A stretch of DNA of 64,000 nt from Hydrolagus affinis (lineage: Eukaryota). How positions within the stretch are numbered: the stretch's first letter is position 1; each line of letters opens with the position of its first letter. Where the stretch lies: the NCBI GenBank assembly GCA_012026655.1, contig JAAILG010001560.1:1-64000 (forward strand), in the 5' to 3' direction. Made by a program: the position numbers and the translations under genes. This document shows positions 40,961 to 54,356 of this stretch, one piece after another. The notes beneath the pieces are model-generated. The model had not been told where the DNA came from. It saw nothing but the letters and a program-made list of their open reading frames with translations, and made no database searches.

Positions 40961-43094
40961 CACTTTTAAAAATTATGGAAAACTTCCAAAGTAAATAGAA
41001 TTGAACAATTTTCAGCAATTCTCCAATCTTGCACTTTAGGATGAAATGGTGTTAAAGGGTAAGGTTAGGTGGATTTCTGGACTTTATAATTTTCTGCTAC
41101 TATTTTAGTTTCTTCTGGATCGGTTGCACAGAGTGGCAGTCTCATTAGCTGCAGTCTCATTACATTGGGCTTAAAGCAGTGTCACAGCCTGAGCATGATG
41201 TTGCATAATCAACAGTATCTGACCTACAGCACAAACCTCATTTTAATGTCCTAAGAAACAGGAAACAACAATTATGAGTGAGGGCTCCAGCTACTAAAGT
41301 CTACCTAGTGACCTCTGATGGGGCCTGGTTATAAATGTTTCTTCTCCTCCTGTATGGTTGAACAGCTTGTTGCAACTCACTGTTTAAATCACACGTAAAG
41401 CAAGGCAATTTGGACAAGATATCAGAGAGCCGTGAGCACTCATGGAGTGCTACTCCAAAATACCTTAAGAAAGGGAATGAACACAAAGGAAGAACATTTG
41501 TGAAATAGAGCAAATTATTGAAATCTGAAAGTCCAAAGAAAATCATGCTCAAAAATGTCATCTTCGATGAATAGGAAACATCTCGGGCTTAAACGAGCCT
41601 TCACTAAATCAGCTGCATACTAAAAGGGCAATGCTTCCATAAAAACATAATATAAACATATAATTTACTGCAGATCATTATCCTTCCCTACAAGCCAACA
41701 CATCATTAACAGCATTAATGTGGCTGGTTCATAAAATGTTCGACAATGCTATTCGAATTCAACAAGATAAAGGTTGCCAAAGGTCAACGTGCCTTGTCAC
41801 TCAATCATCTACTTCTCTTTCAGTATTCATATTGAGCATTTGCTATCTAATATTAGTGGCACAACAAGGAATGTTAAAGAAAACATATCAATTCACCTTT
41901 TTCAACTCAAAAAGTAAGTTAACAATTGGTACACTCTAATACAATTTATATTGTAGGGAGAATGCAAAAGGTTGTTTTATTATTTCTTATTTGTAACATA
42001 AGGTTGGATGTGAGAAAGAATTTAGTTTCCTGTGTTTTCCCTTATGACTTATCTTGACATAATGAGATGGTCTCATTAAATTCTGACATTGAGGCAAAAA
42101 TTCAATTATTTTAAAATAGTATTCACATTTAAACTGTGATAGTAGCCATTAATGTAGATCGATAAAGTCTCATCTTTTCACAAATTACTCCTGAGGATCT
42201 GTGTAGAGGCAAGGACAGAGTAAGAGCGAACCATTTTAAATATTTTTGGTTAAATATGTAGGGACTGCAAAAGTTTGAATAAGCAGGTTTTACAGAACAA
42301 GGCTGTAGATCATTATAAATAATATTCTCCCGATTGGATGCACAGTAATTATTAAACTGCTTGCCCTAAAACCTCTGGGTAAAGTTGCACAGCTGGAGAG
42401 TTGTTGGTTGGAAGTTCAAACCAACAATATAGTTTTTATTAAAAATCCTTTCTCTTATGAGCACAATGTTATTCAACTGATGATAACAATATACAGTTTA
42501 GGTGAGCAGGATCACAGCAAATATAGAGATATAGAGAAGCAAAGCTCTAATTTTAAATTCACTACTGCTGGGTTTGCTTTTCATGGGTGGAATGTAGGTG
42601 AACCATAGTGCAATTTGCAGGTTGACTATTAGTGTAGGCTGCATTTAGAAGAGAAGAGATATCTGGACTAACCAGGAAACACCATCATGGAGGAATTGGG
42701 CTAGAAAGATGCACAGTCAAATCCCAGGGTCTGAGGGATACAGAGAGACCTCTGTGACTAAGAGAGTATAATGCAGCCAGATGAAGCGTGGATTAGGGCA
42801 GAAGTGACAGGAAAATAATAATGAGTAAAGGAGTATAGCTGAACAAGAGTAATTGAGAGGCATATGCAGCAAAGGTAGTGAACAGTTTCAGGTGTGCGTA
42901 AGGACAAAAAACAGGAGGAATAAATAACATGTATATCTATCTGCAAGATTGATGTAATGGTACAGGTTGAAAACGCCTTTATAATGCTATTTTTTATTCT
43001 GAGCAAAGTGGATCATGTAAGAAAGCAAACGTTTGGTCAAGAAAACAAACCTTTTCAAAAGACGCTAGGATAATTGATGGCTGACTGAAAGCTA

Positions 43095-44335
43095 CAAGCA
43101 ACAACAACAACAATTTGGATTTATATATAGCGCCCGCCACGCCGGATGGCGAATCAAGAGCGGTTCACAATAACGGATCCTGGGGCCAAGCCTGGGGGAG
43201 GGGGAAAAGGTGACCAAACGCGCAGTCAAAAAGAAAGGTATGTAGTTGTAACCTGGAAATGGGAAAAGAGGGCGCGAGGCGAAAGGAGTGAGGAAGGGAG
43301 TTCCAGAGCCTCGGGGGGGAGTGGCTGAAGGCACGGCCGCCAACAGTGGAATGGAGGTTTCGGGAGACAAGAAAGAGGCCAGACCCGGTAGAGCGAAGGC
43401 AACGGGTGCTGTTGTGAGGAGAGGAGGTAGGGTTTGCAGAGGAGTGGAGAGAGTTGAAAACAAGAGTGAGGATCTTGAAATCGATCCGCTCCGAGACAGG
43501 GAGCCAGTGAAGTCTGGCAAGGATTGCGGTAATCGGGGAGTGAAGTTTGGTATGGATCAGAATGCGGGTGGCAGAATTTTGAATAACCTGGATTTTATTA
43601 ATGGTGGTGGAGCGGAGACCGAGGGGGGGACATTTGAATAGTCCAACCGAGAGGTGACAAAGGCATGTGTTTTAGCACTTTTTGTGGTGAGATATTGGCG
43701 GAGATGGGCGATGCGTCGGAGCTGGAAGAAAGCAGTGCTGGTGAGGGACCGGATGTGGGGGAGGAAGGATAATTGGGGGTCAAATGTGATGCCTAAGTTG
43801 AGTACGGGTTTGGAGAGTTTTAGGGGAAGGTCGGGTAGATGGAGGAGGTGAGAGGCATGGGACTGAAGACATCGATGAGAGCCAGAGTATGGCCTCTGTC
43901 TTGTCAACATTGAGCTGAAGGAAATTCGCACTCATCCAGCTCTTGATGTCTGACAGGCAGGCTGACAGAACATCAGGGACTGGGGGTCACAAACTGGGTT
44001 GGGTATCAACCGCATATATATGGAAGTGTGCCCCATGTCTGCGGATGACATCACCAAGAGGGAGCATGCAGATAAAGAATAGAAAGGGTCCAAAGATAGA
44101 TCTTTGGGGTACCCCAAAGGCAACTGGGCAAAAGTAGGAGGAAATGTCGTTAGTAGAGATGTACTGCTGGCGGTTTGTGAGGTAGGACACAAACCAGGTG
44201 AGTGCGTTCCCACTGAGGTGGACGACGGAGGACAGGCGGTGGAGGAGGATGGCGTAATCGACTGTGTCGAAAGCAGCGGAGATGTGGGAGACAAAGGAGG
44301 CAGAGGGAGCCCTAGTCACAGATAGAGGATAGTTC
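43095..44335 (-). mobile_element. 5'-truncated L2 LINE (about 1.2 kb), frameshifted RT
   Basis: SAAFDTVD, GVPQRSIFGPFLF, YAVD (decayed YADD), NLGITFD, HAFVTSRLDYSN, (CAA)n tail. Confidence 0.93.
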
Positions 44336-45602
44336 TTTCTATCCAAAGCAGTTCTTTGCTTTTTCAAACTTGAGTTAAAAACTTGAGAAGCTTGAGAGCA
44401 ACATAACAATTGAATATTATAAGATTCTTATTCTTTATACTATAGATTTCTATTACAAAGAAAATCAATATCGCCATCATCCTAAGTACAGTAGTGTGCA
44501 CATAATATAGATGAAAGAACACCTATATCAATGTGAATTGGGAACTGAAAGTCCAAGGAATAACTTAAATGGCACTCAAAACAAACATAAAATGCATATT
44601 GTAAACTTATTATTTAATATTCTGTATTTTGGTATTTTAAATGTCCTTGAGTAAACTGGAAATGGCGCTTTAAAGAAGATCTTTAAATTTTTTAAATGGA
44701 AATAATTCAAAAAAGGATATAATTTCAGTTCATAATAATATACATACACTATAAGGAATGTAACATTTCAGATGTGAAAATCATTACATCATTGTTTCAG
44801 GCATTTACAAATGGCACCCCTACCAATAACGTTTCAGGTGACAAAACCCATTTATCAAACATATAATAACATTGGTGCACTGTACAACATATGAAGTAAG
44901 TGAGCATACTGATGATGGACTCCTCCAAATGCTTCATGTCCCCACGTTTTCAAATAAATGATTATCAGCATTAATAACGAATTACTAAATACTTATTAAA
45001 AATCTCCTTTGTAAAATAGAAATGCACAGGAACCAAAAGACCATTGTGATTTAACTCCCCAGAAAACAAACACTTGTACATAGCAATAGCGAGCATCTGA
45101 ATCGCAGTTAAAATGGTAACTGTTACTTGCTGAACTACATGTATCACAACTCCTCCAAATTTGTATATTTATTACAACCTCCAAATCTCAATTTACTGAA
45201 CAAAAAAGTGAAAATGATCTTGCACTGGACTTATTGAATGTAGATTTACTGTTAGTGGACAAATTGCTATTTTAACTGCCCAACAAATACATTATGTACC
45301 TTATTTTGAAAGATGATAATTTATAAAACTTTCAACTTTGTCCTGAAAAGTACAAATCATTAATTGATGAGCATGAATCCAGATTTTTGTTCCTTCAGCA
45401 AATGTTTTATTTTAATGGATAGTTCTACAATTTCATCTACTCTACAAGTAGAACTATCTTGGAATATGTAAAACTGCACGGTTCTTGTAAGAAGGAGATT
45501 AGCTTCTTGGGTGTATTCTAATTGCTACTCAGTTGTATTAATCAAGGATTAGATATAGAGGATATTTCAACATCTGTATTCACTCAGATGAAACAAGGAC
45601 AT

Positions 45603-45907
45603 ATTATTAATAATAATCCTTGCATTTGATATAGTGCTTCATCATGTCTTCTGGACATCTCAAAGCACTTCACAGAATATATCGTAAACTGAATTGACTG
45701 TATATTTATGGGTGAAACACAGCAGCCAATTGCACACAGCAGTGTCTCACAAACAGTCGTGGATTGAAATGACCAATTTTTTTTGAGGGATTATTATCAG
45801 GTGTGTGGAGTAAGGAAGGTTGACCAAGGTTTCGCCCCGTCTAGATTCAAACCCAGGTCTCTCGCCTTGTAAGGCGAGTGCTCTAACCACTGAGCTACAG
45901 GACTGCA
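45603..45907 (-). mobile_element. Full-length tRNA-derived SINE
   Basis: tRNA-like head with A and B boxes, family body, (TTA)n tail. Confidence 0.92.
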
Positions 45908-46690
45908 CGAACATGCTAGAAATACACAACAGTTGATCAGCATGAATGGAAAAGATCAATTTTATGAGTATACCCAACCTCTTTCGGAAGCTTGATGATT
46001 TGCTGTGCATTTCTTGTACTCACTGCGTTTACTTCAGATTTCCAGCATCCAACATTGTGTCTTTCTATCTCTTACTTTACTCAAGTTTGGATGTGTTGTA
46101 TTAAAATCAATCTCAGACCATTCCAGTGAAGTGTTTTTTGTACTGTCTGGACCATGCATCTTCCCCGACCAAGCATGCAGGAAAGAGACCTGAAATCAGG
46201 TTTCTGTGAATCTTTTGGATAATTACAAGATGTGCAAAATTGCTCATGGTGAACATATCTATTGATTTTTCTCCTGTCTCCCTGCTGATTGTTTGGTAAC
46301 TCTCTGGTATGTTTGGCATACACAATGCTGTACAATGTAGGATTTTCATTGCATATTTCTGTCAGACACTGGAGAGAGGAAAAGTTTGGGTATTCTTGTG
46401 ATGAAAGTTTTTTCCATCCAACTCAAAATTAAATGGTATACAATGTGACATTGCAGAGATTATTTTATGAAAAATTATTCAAATTTACCATTTTAAATGG
46501 AGCAGAAATCATTTCAAATCAAAAAAAATGTTCTTGAATTGGTAAGTAACATTTTGCTTTTTAAAAAAATCTAATTAAAGGGAACATAAAGCATTGAATC
46601 AAGAAATGGAGAATGAGAGAATGAATGATGAACACAAAAAATGTACATAAGGCATTGAGATACCACCAGATGCACAGTAGTCAGACTTAC

Positions 46691-46789
46691 ATGAGTTTCT
46701 TTATGGACAGTTTGGGTAGTTTTATCAACACGTGAAACCACTTCTCCTTTTGTGGCGTGGCCCTCTTTTTGACAATTACATTTAATGCT
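46691..46789 (-). CDS. CCSER2: CCSER2 internal coding exon (99 nt, phase 0/0) with a KxTQT motif
   Basis: Branch point TGACTAAC, pyrimidine tract, then ccacacag|AGC...CAT|gtaagt. Encodes SIKCNCQKEGHATKGEVVSRVDKTTQTVHKETH; compare recalled human ...CHQKCKEEKCTYADKYTQTP. Confidence 0.88.
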
Positions 46790-46853
46790 CTGTGTGGAAT
46801 CAAAAAATAAGAGTTAGTCAAGTAAGATTTAATAAGACTGTTCATTCTACATA

Positions 46854-47066
46854 AAGTAAAAGTATGTTTATCTGGCACCCGGTCAATCACAACTTCCGTT
46901 TAACCGGCATTGCCAAAAAAAATCAGCATTCGATTAATTGGAATTTATCTGGAAAAATGCATAGAATTTTTTTTATATTTTGTTTTGCGTTTTCGGCCGA
47001 ATATCCGGCAGACACTTTAACGGGCATTGGCCAGGTCCCGAGGGTGCCGGATAAACGCCTTTACTG
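46854..47066 (+). mobile_element. Tigger/pogo-type MITE
   Basis: Decayed TIRs of type CAGTAAAAG...TTTATCCGGCACC, flanked by TA; homologous to 59065-59275. Confidence 0.85.
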
Positions 47067-47944
47067 TACCACCATTCTAGACATTTTAGTCACTAACATC
47101 ACTTATTATGTTGCACTCTAATAGCCTGATGACCCCAGGCGAATGCCACTTAATGAAAGCATCCAAAATGATCAGTTCTAAACCAGTCAAGAGCAAAGCA
47201 AGGTCAAATTCTAATTGGGTCATAAATTAAAAAGTTGCTGTTTTAAAGCCATCCTCCACTAGATATAGTGCCTTTTGTTAAAAGAAAGTGAGATGTTTCA
47301 CTATTAATGAAATGACATCAATAGAATGGCACTTTACTATCTTACTATTGTAGTTTCACGTAAATATTTATGACTTTGCATATCAATAATAGGCATGTCT
47401 GCTCTCAAATCTCAGTGAAGAATACTATACCATCTTGTAAAGATTTCCCTGACATTCTACATTTCACAGTACACATCATAGTTCCTAGAACAATGGTTGC
47501 TGAATTATATTCTATTGAATATAATGCTCTTTAATTTTATGACATTATTTTCCGCTTATTTTTCTCTGCAAAATCTATATAAAATATTGTGTGCTTTGGC
47601 AGATTATGTATTGTTTCCAAATATGTTACTTACACAGGGTGTGTTGTATTTCAATGTGGCTATTGATGAATTAGTAATAAAGAAATCCATAATTTGTCAT
47701 ATGGCGAGTAAATACTGGTGGAAAAACATTTAATTATGTACTCATTAATAATACACTTAATGGAGAAAGATTCTGGAGATGTCATGCCGTGTCATACATC
47801 CTGAGGCAAAACAATTTCTTGCAGTAATGAGTTTCTGTCCCTATCATAATGCCCTTATTCTAATCAGGAACAGATGGAGGGTACACTACTAAAACAACAG
47901 GAACATTTCTTCTTTCAGCAGCTGCGAGATGGCATCCTTTACAG

Positions 47945-48535
47945 CAGTGGCTTCCAAACTTTGAATAGCAACACCCCCCCGAACTCAGCAATGTTTTTGT
48001 TACGCCCCCACCATGCTTCACACTCGGCTCCACACTCTCGGGTCCTCGGCTCCGCCCCTGCCCAGAGTCGACTGACTCCACCGACCGACCCCAAAAAACA
48101 AAACTTGCACAATAGTTTTAACACAGAATGTTTCTTGTCTAAGCTCCCTTTAACATAGGTTGATCTCCAATAACCATTAAAGGCAGTGACAAGCTTTATG
48201 CCCTGCTATATAAATACAGCAATGATGAGCAGAAGGAGGTGCTGCCATTTTGGGCTTTGATTTTCTCAAGTTCCTCCTCCGTGACATCACTTCCGCCCCT
48301 CAAGTTTGAATCCTTGGCAACGGGTTTAGATAACTCACACTGGGGCAGTGGCTTCCAAACTTTGAATAGCGGCACTCCCTAACTCAGCACCCCCCCATCC
48401 TTCACACTCGGCTCCACTCGGGTCCTCGGCTGTCTCGGCTCCACACGCACTCGGAGGCTCGGGACGATAAAGCTCTGCGCCCCCCCAGCCTACGGTACAC
48501 TCCCCCAAAAGTGCCTCACAGTTTGGAAACCACTG
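47945..48535 (+). mobile_element. hAT (Charlie-like) non-autonomous element with duplicated left end
   Basis: TIRs cagtggcttccaaact and agtttggaaaccactg; 8-bp TSD ctttacag/ctttatag; ctcgg subterminal repeats; second left end at 48346. Confidence 0.85.
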
Positions 48536-49045
48536 CTTTATAGTGTTCTGGTCAATGATGGGTCTTCTCAGCTTACCAAGGTAATTCAGTAATTAAAATG
48601 AAGAAGTGTACTATTCATAATTACTAGTACCATATGAAGACTGACTTAGAATATTTAAAATTATATAATCTTCACAGTCAATCATGAAATGCATTTTCTA
48701 TGTAAAAAGGAACAAGATATAAATGAACACTTACAAAGTAACCATATTGAATCCCATAGATCTAGTAACTATCAACTGAGACAGAACATACTGCAGCAGG
48801 AAGAATGTCTGAAGAGCTATACTACAGTTGAAATAGGTGATTAATTGAACAACACAAAGAGCATAAATATATGAACAAACAAAACAGGTGAGCTGAGAAA
48901 TGAAGGTAGATTTTAAAGTAGATAAATATGTTAAGCATAATTGAACAAAACCCAGAAAAATATATTCAAACTATGAAAGGATGTCCCTGAACAGAGATGG
49001 AAAAAGAATAGGATTTTGGTGTGATCTTCCACTGAAGGTTATCAT

Positions 49046-49210
49046 CAACAAGAACAACTTCAATTTGTATAGCGCCCTCCACGCCGGACAGCGTCTCAGA
49101 GCGCTTCACAATAGCGGATCAGACGAGCTGAAGCTGCTATCAACAAATCTAATCGCTTTGGGACTACGCCAGGGATGGTGGGCGCTATATAAATGCAAGC
49201 TGTTATTGTT
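49046..49210. mobile_element. Two oppositely oriented L2 3' tails
   Basis: Minus tail at about 49046-49120, plus tail at about 49153-49210. Confidence 0.75.
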
Positions 49211-51601
49211 AATCAAATAATCAGGTTGCACGCTGAGGTCATATGACTATAAGCCACAATAAGTTATTCTAACCTTATAGTGGCCTCTAGATCACCAGTG
49301 ATTCGATTATCCTTTGTACAAATATTAACTTTCTAAAATATTTAGAAGCTTCCAAAGCAATTCAATTCATTAAAATTAACTTGTGAGTTTGAAATGCACA
49401 CAACTGCAAACAAATACTTATTTGTTGACATCCAGCCCATTGCAACCAACAAAGCTAATGAAATACTAGATTATACCTTGATTGAATTGACAACAAGTGA
49501 AAAGAAGTTATTTGAATTATGTATGGATGGTTGGAAGGTAGTGTGCAGTTTTGAGCGTCCTATCTGCAAAAGGAGATTGAAACATTTGACAAGGCAAAGG
49601 CAAGAGCAACAAGGACAATTCCAGACCTTAAAACTTGATAGTAGTTTATTATACCAATTGGAAATAGGGCAAGGTCTCTTACTGACATGAAAAGCCAGAC
49701 CTTCCTCAGATATTTTACAGTTCTGTACTCTCAAACAATGACTTACAACAACAACAAAATAACATTTGTAGAGCAAGCGCATTTCACATCCGGAGGCATG
49801 GGACCCTAAAAGATGGATCTGTGATAATAATAAGTAATAATAAAAATAAATTGCATGATCCAGACTTTGGTTGGGCAAGAGGGTATGAATAAAGTATGTC
49901 TCTTGAGGTCTATTGAAGAGTCACTGGACTACAAAATACAGCCATTCCACTTCACAACATATTCTGTGAAGTCCTTTGAAACATCTCAATGATGTGATAA
50001 GCTGCTATATCAAATGGAAGAATTATTATTATATTGCAATTGCATTAAATCTAGTTGAGCTGATAAAACTCATCAGTCTTTCACCTGAAATAGACAACTT
50101 TTCTGATATTAATTAGTTGGTTTCAAGTACACTGGTAGTAGAACTAGAAAGGCTTAAAGTTATGTTCCAGGAGTTTGTAAATTTGCAATTCCTAATGTTA
50201 TTTTGAAAGTAAAGTCTGCTCCAAAGATATCGTAACATACATAACACTAAAACAAGAGGATGTGGTGTTCTATCAATTTCAATTGGAAAATGTTCATCAA
50301 AACAAAAGGAAACATTTCTGCTATAACACATTTACTCTCGAACAATGTTATTTATTACTTCCTGGAAATTGAATATTTTCCAATGTTAAATGTATGATGA
50401 CAATAGCATTTAAAAGCTAAATATAGTTAATGTTTCAGATGTACCACTCTCAGAACATAAAATTTTGAGATTCAAAGCAAGAAAAAAACAAGTGCTAAAG
50501 AATGATCATCACTCAAACATTAATCTAATTTGTTTTCCAATGGAGGAATCCATTGATGAAGAAAACTGAGAGAGAGCTATTCCATCTCCATTTATTCAAC
50601 TGTTATGCACTTATGCAGTACATTAAGGACTGCTTTCATCGGTTGAAATTATAAGAGGAAAGTTCTTCAAGCTTGGCAAATGCAATTAGCCACAATGGAA
50701 ACAACACTTGACATTTTAGCATTACTGTAATTTCCAGGTTTCACTTAATAGGAATAATACTTGCATTTGATTGACCTTATGGTATGGGCAATTTTTCATG
50801 TTTCAGTTCTTCATTGGCTACAAAACCAGTCTCTAAAATTGTGTTTCAGTAAAAACAAAATCATTTGTCAAAGATGTGTCCATGAAAGCAGGACCCATTA
50901 ATGTAATTTTACAAGTATTTGGAATTGGGTGTCTTCAGTTTTAATATTTTTAACGAAAGGAATTTATAGTTAACACTTTATTCCAATATTTTACTAAGTT
51001 CACACAAAAATAACAAATTTTAGAAAATAATTCACAAAAAAATGTTATATTTTCAACAAAACAATATAGTAGTTTGAAAAAGTTAAAATAATTGATGATA
51101 TGGCATTTACTTGAGCTGGATGGAATTTAGCAGCTACAGTGATAAATGAAAGGTTATACTGATCTGTTTACATGAACAATTAACTGATCAGCATTTACAA
51201 GAGCAATAATGAGGTAATTAATCTATAGCCTACATACATATTGATTTACAATTGGCAAACCTGACCATCTTAAGTGATATACTTTCCCCAACAGAACTGC
51301 TTTTTATGTTCAACTTGCTTATGAACATCATTAATATTCTTTTTGGGTTCGAGTATATTTTGAAAAAAATAACATTGTAATGGGGAAGCAATCTAAATTG
51401 AGTTATTGAACTGAACAGTGCAGGAAAACTGATTTACTAATTTACTTAGTTGCAATGACAGCATCACTGAAGCAATCCAGATAATTTGGTGTATTTGACA
51501 ATATTAAATGTATCTGTTGTTTTGGTCTCAATTGATTCTAATTTATCTTCAAGAAGTCATTAGCACTCCTTGTTGAAACAATGCAAAATAAATGGAGATA
51601 T

Positions 51602-52745
51602 ACAACAACAATTTGCATTTATATAGCCTCATTCACACAGGACAGTGTCTCAGAGCACTTTTCTACTCCCAGATCATTCTCAAGCCCCAAGACATGCCAA
51701 AATCCTGCACCATTACCTACCACCTCCTCCACGCCCCTTTTGAAGCACCCTTGATCCTCACCTCTAATGCCAAGAGCAAAGAAGTCCTGAACTTTTTTAT
51801 CTCTAAGACAGATAACAGCCGCCTGCCTGCCTCCTCCTGTTCCCCCCCACCACTTTTTTGCCTACCATGGTTTTCGCCCAGCCCAAACACAGAGACAGCC
51901 CCCGCCAAAGAAACAAATGACGTCTTCTCCTTATGACCAGGTGTTCCTCTACCTCCTCGACCTATCCACCACATTCAACACAGTCGATCACACTATCTTC
52001 CTCTACCACCTTTCCTCCCGAATCCACTTAAGTGGAACCTCTCATGGTTTGAGTCTGACTTAACAGACGACAATACATCTTTTTCCTTCTGTCCTCACCC
52101 GGTCACCTGTGGGGTAACCCCAAGGCTCCATCCTTGGCCCTTTTCTAACCTTAGTTATCTGTGTCCTCTCGATGATGTTATCCGCAGATATGAGGTCAAC
52201 TTATTTGGATGATACCCTAATCTACTTCTCCTGCTCTAGCTGTGACTCCTGGCCCACTGATATCCTGTCAGTTTGTTTGAAGGACATCAAAGCCTGGATA
52301 AGCACTAATTTCCTGCAGCTGAATATTGTTATGATGGAAACCATACTCTTTGGCTTGCGTCAACGTTCTCTCTCATGCAGATCTGAAGGCCTCAACTTCC
52401 CTAGGCTTCCCTCAGACTCACTGAACCCGTGTGCAACTTACGCGTCAGTTTGAATCCCCAGCTTTCCATTCTACCCCACATCCACTTCCTGACCATGACC
52501 ACTTTTTTCCACCTCCATCACATCACCTGCCTCCGTCTGTATCATAGAAGAAAATTCTATTCCTAAATAGTGGGGCTTGATTAAAAGTTTCACCAAAAAT
52601 GGGGTTGAGGTATGAGCATGTAATATTCTGGAGGTGGAAGAAGGCAGCTTCGGAAAAAGTCCAGTTGTGAGGTTTGAAAGGAAATCCAAGGTTGCTCAGT
52701 GCCTGGTTCAGCCTGAGTGAGCAGCACTGGAGATTAAATCAGAGG
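51602..52745. mobile_element. Mosaic of L2 fragments (minus tail, plus-strand RT piece about 51680-52535, minus piece about 52590-52745)
   Basis: FNTVDH, YLDDTLIY, CLKDIKAWISTNFLQLN. Confidence 0.8.
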
Positions 52746-53529
52746 CATAGAGATTCTAAGCCTCGCAGATCAATAGAGTTTTTTTTGTCTGTTTGATTAA
52801 TGTGGTTTGAGATACACAATGGTCTCTTGTAAGGTTCTTTTCAAATAGTGTTAGTTTAATTTTATTTCATTTTTCTAGATTAAAACGCATGCTGTTGAAA
52901 TCGAAAGATTGTTTTACCTAATTCTGAGACTGAGAATTGACACTACAGATATTCAAATATTGACAATGTTTTGTATTTCGCATTGTCATGAAAAGTTACA
53001 ATGACTTTAGTTCCAATCACAAACTGATAGTGCTAGTGAAAGCAGCTGATTATTGGAGAAGTCAAAAGATATAAGCTTTACTGTAATAATTCATTTGCTT
53101 TAATATTATGGATCTGGATTATGGTTTTGATCCTAATTGGGCTTGCTTGCCTCAGATGGATGGGTCTTGGGCATTCTTGCCTGGGTTGGGTGAATCTGAG
53201 TCTTATGCGCAATTGACTGAACTTTAGTGGCTTTCTCAAGTCATTAGATAAAGCACCAGGTTATTTTGAGTAATGCCAACTCAGATTAGGGTAATTCTCA
53301 TTGTTCAAATGGAAGCAACCTGCACATAACATTGAGCCCAGGTCACAAACTGGTTAAATGCAATCTTTCATGTTTTACTTAGAATCTGGTTCTTGAAGAG
53401 ACCTTTTGAAAAAAATATATAATACTTGCATGCACAAAAAAAATACACACACACAACAGTATTGTGTTGATACCAAGTTTTGGAGGAAGGTAATTAATAT
53501 AAGGAAGATAAATATTGTATTAAAAATGA

Positions 53530-53735
53530 ACTAATTGAGCAGATGAGCCAAAGAATGGCAGATGGATTTTAATACAGATAAATACCATATGATTCGCATT
53601 TTATCAAAAATAAGAAATCTGTACACATTAAAGGGGTGACTATTAGCAACAGTGAAGAAGGAAAAGGAGTTGGGCGTGATTATTGATTATTCACTGAACG
53701 TTTTCTCTCAATGTGAAACTACATCAAAAAGTTTT
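53530..53735 (+). mobile_element. CR1 RT fragment
   Basis: AKEWQMDFNTDK and EKELGVII motifs. Confidence 0.7.
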
Positions 53736-53831
53736 GTTGCGTCTTGAAAGTATTTGACTGGAAGATTCAGTATATTAATCTTTAAAGTTTTAAATTCTGA
53801 TAAAATACAGTAAGTCATCATTGATGAATTA

Positions 53832-54225
53832 TAATAATAACAACCTATGCATTTGCTATAGTTCCAATCCATGGGATTTTAAAGAAGTGTATTTGGGACT
53901 GTATTTGTAGGAAAATGCAGGAGTTAATTTGCGTATGTCAATGTCCCTCAAAAAGCCATGAAACAGATGACCAATTTTATTTGTAGGGTTGTGGACCAGG
54001 TCACTGGGAGAAACTCACTTCTCTTTTTGAATAGTGCCATGGGATCTTTAATGTCTACCTTAACGAAAGATGGTATCTTGCTTTAATATTTCATTTAGAG
54101 GACTTAATCTCTGATGAAGCAATATTCCTCCTATGGAATGTTAACGTAAACTGAGAGATCAAAGTCCTGACATAGGACTTGAACTTACAACTTTCTAACT
54201 TACTTAGAGGCAAGAATTTGCCTAC
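53832..54225 (-). mobile_element. Old Deu-domain SINE
   Basis: gaatagtgccatgggatctttaatgtctacct...ggacttgaacttacaactttct. Confidence 0.7.
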
Positions 54226-54356
54226 AAATAGTATAATTACACAAATTTTATTGATACAGAGAAGCATCCATGAAGGTTTTCAAATCATTTTCAAATCATT
54301 TTCCACAAAAAAATAATGGATTTCATAGTCACTTCTTCCTTGAACCATTTTCCTAA

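Noticed and set aside
43092-44409. Functional reverse transcriptase gene
   Set aside because: Frameshifted, 5'-truncated L2 with the catalytic YADD decayed to YAVD.
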